Sequence record: PZ386947.1
Direction: 5' to 3' (one strand)
Length of the DNA: 64,000 bases
Source: a phage
Positions 28,917 through 37,912 of the stretch are shown one piece after another. A program made the translations under genes and the position numbers. The notes under the pieces are model-generated. The model saw nothing but the letters and a program-made list of their open reading frames with translations, did not search any database and was not told where the DNA came from. Within the stretch, counting starts at the first letter, position 1. The number at the start of each line of letters is the position of its first letter.

Positions 28917-29378
28917 TCATTGAGTTTTAATTACTGCTTTAGAAGCCTTTCCTGGTAAACGACGACTGTTAATAATTGCCATCCTACATTGAAGTGACGG
29001 GTCTTTGAACTTCGCATTAGGTTTACAAACTGTAAATCCAAGCCAAAGATTTCCATCTGTGATTTCTAAACGTCCAGGACGGTATTCAACCCCATCAATA
29101 AAATCCTCGTCAATGTCAGGACGCGGAGGCATACTCAGGAATTCATTAACTTCTAAAACATGGTCTTTTATTTTGTGGAATAATTCAAAAACATATGTCT
29201 CATCAATCTCCCGTTGAATTGCACGATCAAGAAGATGCTGAGAATATTTTAGATGAAACGATGAGACCCCTGCTGCTTTTGATGCCTCACGAATCTCATT
29301 GTTAATTTGACGAAACTCCGACTCAAAGTGACGACGAAGCTTATTTCGACGGATAAAAACTTCTGTGTTGATAGTCAT
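28917..29378 (-). CDS. regB: endoribonuclease RegB
   Basis: 153 aa; matches recalled T4 RegB sequence (MTINTEVFIRRNKLRRHFESEF...) and length. Confidence 0.85.
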   Translation of the reverse strand: MTINTEVFIRRNKLRRHFESEFRQINNEIREASKAAGVSSFHLKYSQHLLDRAIQREIDETYVFELFHKIKDHVLEVNEFLSMPPRPDIDEDFIDGVEYRPGRLEITDGNLWLGFTVCKPNAKFKDPSLQCRMAIINSRRLPGKASKAVIKTQ

Positions 29379-29404
29379 GTTATTCTCCTCTTAACTGATA
29401 GAAA

Positions 29405-29435
29405 AATTATACCACAGTCAAGAGGAAAAGTAAAC
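29405..29435 (-). promoter_or_regulatory. T4-type early promoter (GTTTAC, 17 nt spacer, TATAAT) upstream of regB
   Basis: minus strand GTTTACttttcctcttgactgtggTATAATttttc. Confidence 0.6.
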
Positions 29436-29437
29436 AG

Positions 29438-29716
29438 TTATTCTTTAAATCTAATCAATTTATTCATAGACTTTGAAACTTCTGCACGGACCTCATGAAG
29501 GTTTTTGAGCTGTTCAAGACGTTGCTCATAGTAAGCAATTTCATCTTCTTCAAGACAGTCCTGTGAATCTTCTTTAAGATAACGTGCATAGTCCTGAAAA
29601 GCTTTACGGACTACTTCCTGGAAGTCATCAAGACTTTGAATTTTCTTAGGAGCAGCAGACACACGACGAGGGGCAGTATAATACTCATAACCAAACCCTG
29701 CGCTTAATTGAGCCAT
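29438..29716 (-). CDS. hypothetical protein
   Basis: ORF track 29438-29758 trimmed to [13 protein letters not shown]... Confidence 0.4.
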   Translation of the reverse strand: MAQLSAGFGYEYYTAPRRVSAAPKKIQSLDDFQEVVRKAFQDYARYLKEDSQDCLEEDEIAYYEQRLEQLKNLHEVRAEVSKSMNKLIRFKE

Positions 29717-30018
29717 TAGTATTTTTCCTCTGGTTGGAACACAGCACGACAAGCCCACATACTGGCTTCTTTGAGTTTCGTTTTAGCAATAGCTAAATGA
29801 TCGAGGCTTTCAGCGTAATTCTTCGCGAGTTCAAAGTCTTCGCAATTATCTAGTGCTTCCCAGAATTCATCATATAAAGCATCAAAGATAAGTCCTAAAC
29901 GAACTTCAGCGTCTTTAATAGCATTTACTTTACCGATTTTTTCGTCGGTATGTGGCTTATAACCTTTAATATCTTCAATCATATTTGACTTCCTCACCAG
30001 TACATAAATCGTATTCAA
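29716..30018 (-). CDS. hypothetical protein (100 aa)
   Basis: ORF track. Confidence 0.5.
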   Translation of the reverse strand: MNTIYVLVRKSNMIEDIKGYKPHTDEKIGKVNAIKDAEVRLGLIFDALYDEFWEALDNCEDFELAKNYAESLDHLAIAKTKLKEASMWACRAVFQPEEKY

Positions 30019-30196
30019 CTAAACGAATAGGTTCATGAATGCCATATCCTTGAACAGAAATTTCTGTCGTAGGATAAATTCCATTAATATCACCCATGTT
30101 CCATGCTTCGTTAAATTGCTGTTCGCCTGAATTACTAAACCACTCGGCGAAAGCATTTAGCACATCTTCAGAACCTTCAATAATTATCTTTGCCAT
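29975..30196 (-). CDS. hypothetical protein (73 aa)
   Basis: ORF track. Confidence 0.45.
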   Translation of the reverse strand: MAKIIIEGSEDVLNAFAEWFSNSGEQQFNEAWNMGDINGIYPTTEISVQGYGIHEPIRLVEYDLCTGEEVKYD

Positions 30197-30558
30197 TACA
30201 AACTCTCGGTGAAGGTACGAGCGATAACGTCGCGCTGCTGTTCCGGAGTCAGAGAGTTAAAGCGAACTGCATAACCGGATACACGGATGGTCAGCTGCGG
30301 ATATTTTTCCGGATGCTTAACTGCATCTTCCAGAGTTTCACGACGCAGAACGTTAACGTTCAGGTGTTGACCACCTTCAATTTTAACTGTAGGCTGTTGC
30401 TCAATTTCAATTTCACGGGCATGCAAACCATAGAAAATTTCTGGGTCTACAAAAGAGTCCTCTTTAAAGGTTTTAGAGACAATAATTCGTGCTTGAATAC
30501 CATCTTCAAAATAAATAGTACCTTTATGTGTGCCTTCAAGAATTTGATATGCTTTCAT
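30196..30558 (-). CDS. autonomous glycyl radical cofactor (GrcA/YfiD-like)
   Basis: 120 aa; C-terminal ~75 aa essentially identical to recalled E. coli GrcA ([60 protein letters not shown]). Confidence 0.85.
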   Translation of the reverse strand: MKAYQILEGTHKGTIYFEDGIQARIIVSKTFKEDSFVDPEIFYGLHAREIEIEQQPTVKIEGGQHLNVNVLRRETLEDAVKHPEKYPQLTIRVSGYAVRFNSLTPEQQRDVIARTFTESL

Positions 30559-30564
30559 ATAACC

Positions 30565-30891
30565 TCAATTAGAAAATAAATTTATCCAAGATTGTTCTTT
30601 AATTAAAAATGGCTCAGAATCATATGCCATTAAACTCTGTGTGATTAGTCCTTTAAAAGGCCCATCAATAAATTCCATGGTAAAATATGGAATTTTATTC
30701 ATTAGCCGTGCATTAGGAGCCGTGCACAAAACTCTGCATCCTTTGAATACGCCTTTTTGTAATTTGTATTGCTTGGGATAAAATTCGCTCAAAATGTTAT
30801 TTTTTGCCAAAATTTCAAAATGATTCACCAATTTATTTTTAATAGTTTTTGGCGAAAAATAAAGATATTCGAAAAGCTGAGTGTCTGTCAT
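30565..30891 (-). CDS. hypothetical protein
   Basis: ORF track 30565-30945 trimmed to MTDTQLFEY... Confidence 0.4.
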   Translation of the reverse strand: MTDTQLFEYLYFSPKTIKNKLVNHFEILAKNNILSEFYPKQYKLQKGVFKGCRVLCTAPNARLMNKIPYFTMEFIDGPFKGLITQSLMAYDSEPFLIKEQSWINLFSN

Positions 30892-31478
30892 CATTGCATT
30901 CCGATTACGAAAAACTGTGGACGAGTAATACCACCAATGCAACATTTAATATTACAGCAGCAGTGTACAGTGTCAATATGGACACTATAAATCTTATCCA
31001 TATCAGGAGATTTGACAGGCTCATCAATTATATACAAAATTCGCGAAAGCGATAAACCTCTGAACTTGCTTCCTTTATTACCAATAAAACTGCGCACAGA
31101 ATCAGTAAATAAACGAAAACGTATATCATCATTAGAATAACGCGAAAATTCCTTTTTAATATTATCTGCGGAAATTTTAGCGTAAGCTGAAGTATTAGAA
31201 AGAACAATAACTGTTCCACCGTCATACAACCAATTAGCGGCAAAATTAGTTACTGCAGTTGATTTACCAGATTGACGCCCACCATCTAGTCGAAGTGTAC
31301 AATACTGTTTAAGTAAGTCTTCAAATGGCGGGATATATTCGTTTTTACAAATTTCTTCTACTCTAGCATCAGAATGGTGTGTAAAAGCATTCATCAGGGA
31401 TAGATAAGGACCAGTTAAAAATGTTCTCATTTTGTTCTCTCTAGGTTTGGGCCATTCCATGGCGCATGAATTGTCCAT
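30891..31478 (-). CDS. small P-loop NTPase-like protein
   Basis: 195 aa; Walker A GGRQSGKST, Walker B-like ILYIIDEP; start may be internal (MRTFLTGPY). Confidence 0.45.
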   Translation of the reverse strand: MDNSCAMEWPKPRENKMRTFLTGPYLSLMNAFTHHSDARVEEICKNEYIPPFEDLLKQYCTLRLDGGRQSGKSTAVTNFAANWLYDGGTVIVLSNTSAYAKISADNIKKEFSRYSNDDIRFRLFTDSVRSFIGNKGSKFRGLSLSRILYIIDEPVKSPDMDKIYSVHIDTVHCCCNIKCCIGGITRPQFFVIGMQ

Positions 31479-31575
31479 TTCTGTATTTACCCATTACCGC
31501 ACTTGGGCTCGACCTTATTACAGGTTGGCGGGAATCCCTCACAGAATCATGAGGTCCAGGTTATTCCCATGTTAT

Positions 31576-31992
31576 TTAAATGTAAATATTTTTGCCGTAA
31601 TACTTATACCAGTGTGGCTTCATTAAAATTTTTTCATCGAGTCGTTGTTGACTCAACTTAATAGCTGATTTGCATGGATTATAATCATTTTTCCATTCTA
31701 CTGGAATATCGCTGATGTCAGGAACTTCAGTATCTTTTATACTGAACCCGCGTTTTAAGCATTCCGTTATAATGTCCGATTGACGCTTTCGCAAAAATTC
31801 TAACTTATCGTAAAAGAAAGTAACATGACCAGAACCTAAAATAAATTTAGAAGATATTTTAAAATCTTTAACGCGCTTACCGTTTGCCACATGCTTACGA
31901 ACTATACCAAAAACACGCGGCAATTCACGGTATTCTGCGATTAAATGTTGATCAGCAAGTTCAGATACTAAAGTCAAATTAATACGAGTCAT
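31576..31992 (-). CDS. denV: endonuclease V (pyrimidine dimer DNA glycosylase)
   Basis: 138 aa; [29 protein letters not shown]... matches recalled T4 endo V with substitutions. Confidence 0.9.
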   Translation of the reverse strand: MTRINLTLVSELADQHLIAEYRELPRVFGIVRKHVANGKRVKDFKISSKFILGSGHVTFFYDKLEFLRKRQSDIITECLKRGFSIKDTEVPDISDIPVEWKNDYNPCKSAIKLSQQRLDEKILMKPHWYKYYGKNIYI

Positions 31993-32015
31993 TTTATCCC
32001 TCCAAGTAACTGTGA

Positions 32016-32049
32016 ATATACTATCACAATTCTAGGAGAAAGTAAACAA
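32016..32049 (-). promoter_or_regulatory. candidate early promoter upstream of denV
   Basis: minus strand GTTTACtttctcctagaattgtgaTAGTAT; spacer about 19 nt. Confidence 0.4.
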
Positions 32050-32051
32050 CT

Positions 32052-32582
<531 letters not shown>

Positions 32583-33038
32583 TTAAAAGAGGCTGTTCAT
32601 TATTCGGTAAAGTGAAGGACCCATCACATATTGCCACTGAGTACGAGGAATAAGGGCAAAAGCATCCATCTCTGGAATCATAACACCATCTTTATTTTCA
32701 AAATAAGACTCGCAATGGCAATTTCTGAACATCTCATGCTCTACTGGAATCGTATAATAAAATAACTGTAAGTCTTTATTACTAGAATATTTAAATACAC
32801 CTAGGTCTTCTAGAAGGTCTGGATTATAATTGCTAAAACCGGTCTCTTCTAAGCATTCTCTTTTTGCAGCTTCCAGTGCATTCAAATCAGAACTTTCTAC
32901 GCGGCCCTTTGGAATATCCCAGCGATGTGCCATCATTCCAGGCTTACGAGAACCAGTAACCCGACCCATAAATAAATCTTTATCTTCTGTCATAAAGATA
33001 ATACCAGCTGATAGTGTTTTCATTTTAATTTCCTGCAT
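32583..33038 (-). CDS. nudE: Nudix hydrolase
   Basis: 151 aa; Nudix box GRVESSDLNALEAAKRECLEETGF; position next to e as in T4. Confidence 0.8.
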   Translation of the reverse strand: MQEIKMKTLSAGIIFMTEDKDLFMGRVTGSRKPGMMAHRWDIPKGRVESSDLNALEAAKRECLEETGFSNYNPDLLEDLGVFKYSSNKDLQLFYYTIPVEHEMFRNCHCESYFENKDGVMIPEMDAFALIPRTQWQYVMGPSLYRIMNSLF

Positions 33039-33211
33039 TCAGTGATAAAGTTATTTAAATTTTGAGTATATTTCTTTTCATCAAAAATCTTTTGTTGTCT
33101 GCGTAAACGCCATGGCATTTCAATGAACATACGCCATATTCCTGATAATACTGCTGCTGTAAAAATATTAACAAGTATAGTTAAAAGAACCCAATCTCCT
33201 ATTCTGTCCAT
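33020..33211 (-). CDS. hypothetical small membrane protein (63 aa)
   Basis: ORF track; hydrophobic N-terminus. Confidence 0.4.
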   Translation of the reverse strand: MDRIGDWVLLTILVNIFTAAVLSGIWRMFIEMPWRLRRQQKIFDEKKYTQNLNNFITECRKLK

Positions 33212-33509
33212 TGGATTTTTTTATAAAAAAGTAAAATACGAACGATGATATAGGAAGACTAATGATATACCACAGAAGAACCTTCTTATCTGTGAACCAA
33301 TCAGCATTCGTTAACTTAGCGCGACCGTTTTGAATACATACGAACTTATCATCTGTTACAGTAAATGGCTTAGCTGCTTGATATCCCATTCTAAACTCCC
33401 TAATCAACAAATTTTTCATATCTTCGGAACAACCATTCCAGTCAACTCTATCAACTGAAATGCCATCATCCCCATCATCTAAATCATACCAGCGAGTTTT
33501 TAAAATCAT
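33168..33509 (-). CDS. hypothetical protein (113 aa)
   Basis: ORF track. Confidence 0.45.
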   Translation of the reverse strand: MILKTRWYDLDDGDDGISVDRVDWNGCSEDMKNLLIREFRMGYQAAKPFTVTDDKFVCIQNGRAKLTNADWFTDKKVLLWYIISLPISSFVFYFFIKKSNGQNRRLGSFNYTC

Positions 33510-33868
33510 TTAATTTTCCTACAATCACTCACAAACTCTTTCATTGACTCATTTTCAATATAAGACATGTAGCTATTATATTCTTTTAATTGTATTTTGT
33601 AATCTTTTTTTCTTTGCCAATTTATTTTAAAATTATCATAATGAAAATATAAAATGATACCAAAGAATGAAAACAATGAAATAATTTTAGTATAACAAAG
33701 CTCACTCCAAACTTCTGTTATATTTACTGTGCCGTCGATGTTTAAAATAAGACAGTCAATTAACAATCCAAAAAGACTACCTGCAAGAGCTGCAGCCAAC
33801 GCCACAGCAAAAATTAAAAATGACTCAGAAAACGAATATTTGACTTTATTTAGTTTTGGCTTTTGCAT
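33506..33868 (-). CDS. membrane protein
   Basis: 120 aa; two hydrophobic segments. Confidence 0.5.
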   Translation of the reverse strand: MQKPKLNKVKYSFSESFLIFAVALAAALAGSLFGLLIDCLILNIDGTVNITEVWSELCYTKIISLFSFFGIILYFHYDNFKINWQRKKDYKIQLKEYNSYMSYIENESMKEFVSDCRKIK

Positions 33869-34263
33869 CGTGATTCCTTAACAAATTTCATAATTTCATC
33901 AAATTCATACGCAGCAAGTTTAAGCTGATGTTCCTTTTTAATCTTTTTACACTGTGCTTTCCAATCACGCACGCGTTTACGATAATGCCTTCCTTGATAC
34001 CAGTATCCTACCCAATTTACGGGTACTAATAAAAGTGGAACTATTAATGGAAGAATTAGCATTAACACAAGTATTTCGCCAGAATCAATATCAGTCATAA
34101 CATCTAAAACACCTCCAATAATCAATAGAATTACAAATGATATGAGTATAACAGGACCTATTAACACATCAGTAGAAATTATCTGACGCTTTAATTCATA
34201 CTTCAACGGTTTACTTGGAAGGTATAGTGATGGCTTTGACATATTCTCTACATTCCTTAACAA
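33850..34263 (-). CDS. membrane protein
   Basis: 137 aa; two hydrophobic segments. Confidence 0.5.
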   Translation of the reverse strand: MLRNVENMSKPSLYLPSKPLKYELKRQIISTDVLIGPVILISFVILLIIGGVLDVMTDIDSGEILVLMLILPLIVPLLLVPVNWVGYWYQGRHYRKRVRDWKAQCKKIKKEHQLKLAAYEFDEIMKFVKESRCKSQN

Positions 34264-34825
34264 ATTTTTCTAGTAATAAATCACTTTCAAAATTGGGATT
34301 TTCTACAAATTTATCAAAAAGATCATCAACAATAGTTAAGATATTCTTTTTACTAAGAATACGTTTATTTTCATGCTTCGTTTCAGAATCAACTATAAGA
34401 GTAAAGAAATATTTCTTGCCCTGAAATTTTACAGTAGTATCAATATAAAATAAATTTGACTTTTGTAAATTACGTTTAAACCATGCGTCACTTAAACTAT
34501 AAACACCGAGATAATCAAAATCGTCGTTTAAATAACAAACCGTCCATTCAGGAGAAATGAAATCAGTAAATTCAACATCAAAATCACACGTCAATGAATG
34601 AATTGATTCAATACTGTTAATGAGTATTCCAGGACGTATTAAAGACTTTTTACCTCTAGAAAATCTTCCGGAAAGGCTTTCATCAGTTTCATATGAAGAC
34701 CCCCAATAGTAATTACGTCCTTCTGCCATGCGTTTAAGAGCATTTAGTAATTGGTCTGGAACATCAACCTGTCTTTGGAACTCTTCAAACATTGAATTGA
34801 AATCACTTTGCATTTTCATTTTCAT
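34211..34825 (-). CDS. hypothetical protein (204 aa)
   Basis: ORF track. Confidence 0.5.
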   Translation of the reverse strand: MKMKMQSDFNSMFEEFQRQVDVPDQLLNALKRMAEGRNYYWGSSYETDESLSGRFSRGKKSLIRPGILINSIESIHSLTCDFDVEFTDFISPEWTVCYLNDDFDYLGVYSLSDAWFKRNLQKSNLFYIDTTVKFQGKKYFFTLIVDSETKHENKRILSKKNILTIVDDLFDKFVENPNFESDLLLEKFVKECREYVKAITIPSK

Positions 34826-34842
34826 TCCTATTTACTCCAAGT

Positions 34843-34864
34843 ATAAGGGGCCGAAGCCCCTTAT
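34843..34864 (-). terminator. tetraloop hairpin (GGGGC-UUCG-GCCCC), no clear U-run
   Basis: plus sequence ataaggggccgaagccccttat. Confidence 0.3.
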
Positions 34865-34866
34865 CA

Positions 34867-35460
34867 TTATTTCAGAGAATTAATGTATTCCTGAACATCG
34901 GCAGAGGTAGTTTCAACCCCAGAAATATTACCGTTAAAGGTTTCAACTCGAGCAAGGGTATCTTCAATATCAACCTTAGTCAGTGCTGCAATTTCAACTA
35001 CATCATCAGCAGTACTAATTCCAAGGGCATTTGCTGCACGAGTTTCACGGATATATTCCAATTTAACTGCAAGTTCTTGGCGAGCATCATCCAATTCAAC
35101 TACTTTCTTGGCGATTTCAATTCGCATTTCAGCATAACCATCAGCTTTAGTAGTCAACTGTTCAGCTGTTCGACGATATAGCAAGCCGAGTTTAGCATGC
35201 ATTGTTACATCTTGACTTTCAGAAAGAAGCTTGCGAATTTCACGCTCTTTTGATTCGGCCTGTCGATTCTTTTCGACAATAAGTTCACGAATACGTTTTT
35301 CTTCATTAATAGATTTAACAGAAGCAGTTTTTAGATCTTTAATTTTATCAAGTAGTTTTGCTGCTGCAGCAGTATACTGTTCTTCGACAGATAGATTTTT
35401 AGCCATAGCAGAACCAAGTTTAGTGCGAATAAACTCAACAATTTTCTTCAGTGTGTTCAT
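34867..35460 (-). CDS. coiled-coil protein, possibly PspA/IM30-like
   Basis: 197 aa; predominantly heptad-patterned helical sequence with amphipathic N-terminus; family assignment is a guess from pattern. Confidence 0.4.
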   Translation of the reverse strand: MNTLKKIVEFIRTKLGSAMAKNLSVEEQYTAAAAKLLDKIKDLKTASVKSINEEKRIRELIVEKNRQAESKEREIRKLLSESQDVTMHAKLGLLYRRTAEQLTTKADGYAEMRIEIAKKVVELDDARQELAVKLEYIRETRAANALGISTADDVVEIAALTKVDIEDTLARVETFNGNISGVETTSADVQEYINSLK

Positions 35461-35503
35461 AGTATTTCCTTAGGTTGATTAAGATTTAAAATCCGTGAGA
35501 GTA

Positions 35504-35680
35504 TTATACTCCGGATAGTTTGTAAACTATTTCAACATCGCCTTTTGCTGCTTTATAACCTTCAGCCCAAGATATAACCGAGTTTTTATCTGAAGATTCA
35601 AATTCTGGCATTGGGCTTTCGCCAATGTTCACGCAGTATGTTTCTTCATTTTCGTCGAACCAAATAATTAAAGTAGTCAT
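35504..35680 (-). CDS. hypothetical small acidic protein (58 aa)
   Basis: hand-translated MTTLIIWFDENEETYCVNIGESPMPEFE...; GGAGA 7 nt upstream of ATG. Confidence 0.35.
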   Translation of the reverse strand: MTTLIIWFDENEETYCVNIGESPMPEFESSDKNSVISWAEGYKAAKGDVEIVYKLSGV

Positions 35681-35748
35681 TTATTTCTCCGTTTCTGTAT
35701 TTGTTTTGATAAGTCTATAATAACACCGTCCTTGGTGTTTGTACACAA

Positions 35749-36012
35749 TTATTTCATATTATTGAAATATTCTTCTGCGATTTCGTCGTTATCATGGTAA
35801 ACTTTAGAAGACAGTTTAACATAACCTTCAGCAGTGAACATGTTAATCACAACCTTTACAGTATACCACTGACCATCTTCATTACCCATTACTGCGTAAG
35901 TTTCAAACATCGGATGGTCAGGACCGATAACTTTAATATCATTCACTGTACGACCGAAATCTTCTGAAACACATTTCATAAAGAAGTTGAACAGCTCACC
36001 GTAATTATCCAT
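35749..36012 (-). CDS. hypothetical protein
   Basis: ORF track 35749-36075 trimmed to MDNYGELFNFF...; upstream part is a translated promoter. Confidence 0.5.
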   Translation of the reverse strand: MDNYGELFNFFMKCVSEDFGRTVNDIKVIGPDHPMFETYAVMGNEDGQWYTVKVVINMFTAEGYVKLSSKVYHDNDEIAEEYFNNMK

Positions 36013-36053
36013 TTCATTCTCCAAGTTGTTTTCTGTATCAGTAGTTGATAGTT

Positions 36054-36086
36054 GTATAGTACCATGGAAGGACAAGGATGTAAACC
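36054..36086 (-). promoter_or_regulatory. T4-type early promoter (GTTTAC, 18 nt spacer, TGgTACTAT)
   Basis: minus strand GTTTACatccttgtccttccatggTACTATacaactatcaac. Confidence 0.6.
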
Positions 36087-36218
36087 GTTTTGTGAAAAAA
36101 TTTTTAAAAAGTTTTGGGGAATTCTAGGGCAGGAAGGGGAAATCAAAGGATAGGATAATATATTATAAAGGGTAGAAACTAAATGATGTCTAGAGAGGCC
36201 TGGAAAGGCCTAGATACC

Positions 36219-36245
36219 AAAAAGCCCCAACCTTTCGGTCGGGGC
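36219..36245 (-). terminator. intrinsic terminator (9 bp stem, UUUC-type loop, U5), copy 1
   Basis: minus strand GCCCCGACCgaaaGGTTGGGGCttttt; directly after ORF 36254-36727; identical copy at 36774-36800. Confidence 0.65.
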
Positions 36246-36253
36246 TAAGAATG

Positions 36254-36727
36254 TTATTTGATTTGTTTAGCAGACCAAATGCGATCTTTAATAATTTTTT
36301 GGATGTCTTCAACATACTCAAGAGAGTGAGCATGTGGATTATCTTTGAAACTATAAGCACGAGCTAGTTTTTGGCCTTCAGTTTTGATTACTAAAAGCTC
36401 TTTAAGGATAGCTTCATATTTGGAGATAATTCCTTTAACAATATTTTTTTCTTGTGCAGCTTTAGGATCTGCTTTAGGAGCAGGTTTACCCGAAGCCTTT
36501 GCAAAAGCAGCGCCAGTAGCAACTAAACTTTTCCAGGCCATACTAACTGCATTTCCCGTAAATCCTTCCGCTTTCATGTCGCGTGCGAACTGGAATCGCG
36601 ATTCATCAGAAGCATCTTTATAAGAATATTTACCCGCTGCAATGGCTGCTTTTGCGACAGCTTGAATTTCGGTGCTAGATGCTTCATTTAACACCGCTTC
36701 ATTTAAAAATTGAGTATATGATTTCAT
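36254..36727 (-). CDS. basic Ala/Lys-rich protein with internal-protein-like N-terminus (candidate head internal protein)
   Basis: 157 aa; N-terminus MKSYTQFLNEA resembles T4 IP capsid-targeting sequence MKTYQEFIAEA; TATAAATA late promoter 36 nt upstream. Confidence 0.55.
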   Translation of the reverse strand: MKSYTQFLNEAVLNEASSTEIQAVAKAAIAAGKYSYKDASDESRFQFARDMKAEGFTGNAVSMAWKSLVATGAAFAKASGKPAPKADPKAAQEKNIVKGIISKYEAILKELLVIKTEGQKLARAYSFKDNPHAHSLEYVEDIQKIIKDRIWSAKQIK

Positions 36728-36763
36728 CTTATTTCCTGTTTTAATTCGTGGTTTTAATATACT

Positions 36764-36771
36764 TATTTATA
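36764..36771 (-). promoter_or_regulatory. late promoter TATAAATA
   Basis: minus strand TATAAATA upstream of ORF 36254-36727. Confidence 0.45.
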
Positions 36772-36773
36772 CT

Positions 36774-36800
36774 AAAAAGCCCCAACCTTTCGGTCGGGGC
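36774..36800 (-). terminator. intrinsic terminator, copy 2 (identical to 36219-36245)
   Basis: same 27 nt hairpin plus U-run; closes the unit between ORF 37111-37461 and the IP-like gene. Confidence 0.6.
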
Positions 36801-37110
36801 TAAGCCTTGCGGCAACCTTGTCGGGGTTCCACCTGCTAAGGCAAGTGTTTGTACGAAACGCCGGGATTCGAACCCGGTTATTAAGCAGTTGACGCTACTC
36901 AATATTTTTAAAAGGCCATATCTCGACCATATCCGAACGTTCCGTCAAAAACGCTACTCGGCTTACGGCAAAGATATTTCCTCGAATCGATAATTCGGTG
37001 CGCCGTTTCTGCTGTGATGTAAGAGGGCATCAATAAACGCAAAGATTATTAACGCAATTCCTTACTCAGGGAACATCAGTCCGACGACTTACCGGTAGCG
37101 ACCCGGTTTC

Positions 37111-37461
37111 TTAATATTCTTTTAAAGCATCAATCTGTTTACGGCGTTCACGCCATAAATCAATTGCTTCATACGCGGATTCAACATTTCGAATTGGACG
37201 GCATTTATATAAAGATTTGTGATTTTGATATTGCGTAGATAACGGAATTTTATCTAAAAGGTCTTTACGTTCAAAGTATTCGTAACCATCTAAGCCAAAT
37301 GAACGATTTTTGAGAAATTGCCAATGACCAAATTCGTTTTGAATATAAATATAATCCGCATGTTGATAAAGTAAATTAATTTCACGAAATGAGATATGTT
37401 TTTCATATTCATTGAAGTAAAATGTTAAATCATGAACTACTAAATAAACATTACCTTTCAT
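37111..37461 (-). CDS. hypothetical protein (116 aa)
   Basis: ORF track; immediately downstream of tRNA-Arg. Confidence 0.5.
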   Translation of the reverse strand: MKGNVYLVVHDLTFYFNEYEKHISFREINLLYQHADYIYIQNEFGHWQFLKNRSFGLDGYEYFERKDLLDKIPLSTQYQNHKSLYKCRPIRNVESAYEAIDLWRERRKQIDALKEY

Positions 37462-37479
37462 ATTTTCCTCACTTATAAT

Positions 37480-37555
37480 TGGTCGAGGCAGTAGGGATCG
37501 AACCTACGACCTAGGACTTAGAAGGTCCTTGCTCTTCCTTCTGAGCTATGCCCCG
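37480..37555 (-). tRNA. tRNA-Arg (anticodon UCU)
   Basis: hand-folded cloverleaf: 7 bp acceptor stem, T-arm GTAGG-TTCGATC-CCTAC, anticodon loop CTTCTAA, encoded CCA. Confidence 0.85.
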
Positions 37556-37659
37556 TAATTGGGGTGACCGATGGGAGTCGAACCACCCGAGTCGCAATGA
37601 CAATGGATTTACAGTCCACACCGCTACCTCTACGGGATAACTCCCCTTAATTCTTAATT
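37556..37659 (-). ncRNA. tRNA-like element of uncertain identity (degenerate tRNA or stable small RNA)
   Basis: fills the gap between tRNA-Ile and tRNA-Arg; has GGTTCGACTCC T-loop-like motif, acceptor-like 3' end ending CCCCA, and a hairpin with GUA in a 7 nt loop, but no canonical cloverleaf. Confidence 0.3.
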
Positions 37660-37734
37660 TGGTGGCCCTGGGTGGAATTGAACCACCATCTGGCGATTAT
37701 GAGTCGCTTGCTTGAACCTTCCAGCTACAGGGCC
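37660..37734 (-). tRNA. tRNA-Ile (anticodon CAU, presumably modified to read AUA)
   Basis: matches recalled T4 tRNA-Ile; T-arm GGTGG-TTCAATT-CCACC; anticodon loop CTCATAA; encoded CCA. Confidence 0.85.
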
Positions 37735-37735
37735 T

Positions 37736-37811
37736 TGGTGCTGATTGACGGAATCGAACCGCCGACCTTCTCATTACAAGTGAGTTGCTCTACCTACTGA
37801 GCTAAATCAGC
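37736..37811 (-). tRNA. tRNA-Thr (anticodon UGU)
   Basis: GCTGATTTAGCTCAGTAGG...ACTTGTAATGA...GGTTCGATTCC...CAGCACCA; 1 nt spacer from tRNA-Ile. Confidence 0.85.
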
Positions 37812-37816
37812 AAAAC

Positions 37817-37906
37817 TGGCGGAGGCGATAGGATTTGAACCTATGAGTCGCCGGAGCGACTGCCGGTTTTCAAGACCGGTGCATTAAACCACTCTGCCAC
37901 GCCTCC
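37817..37906 (-). tRNA. tRNA-Ser (anticodon UGA), long variable arm
   Basis: matches recalled T4 tRNA-Ser (GGAGGCGTGGCAGAGTGG...CTTGAAAA...GGTTCAAATCC...CCTCCGCCA). Confidence 0.9.
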
Positions 37907-37912
37907 AAATAT

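Noticed and set aside
36748-36993. Plus-strand ORF of 81 aa
   Set aside because: It runs through the minus-strand terminator and the tRNA-like structured region; wrong strand for this block and no ribosome binding site.
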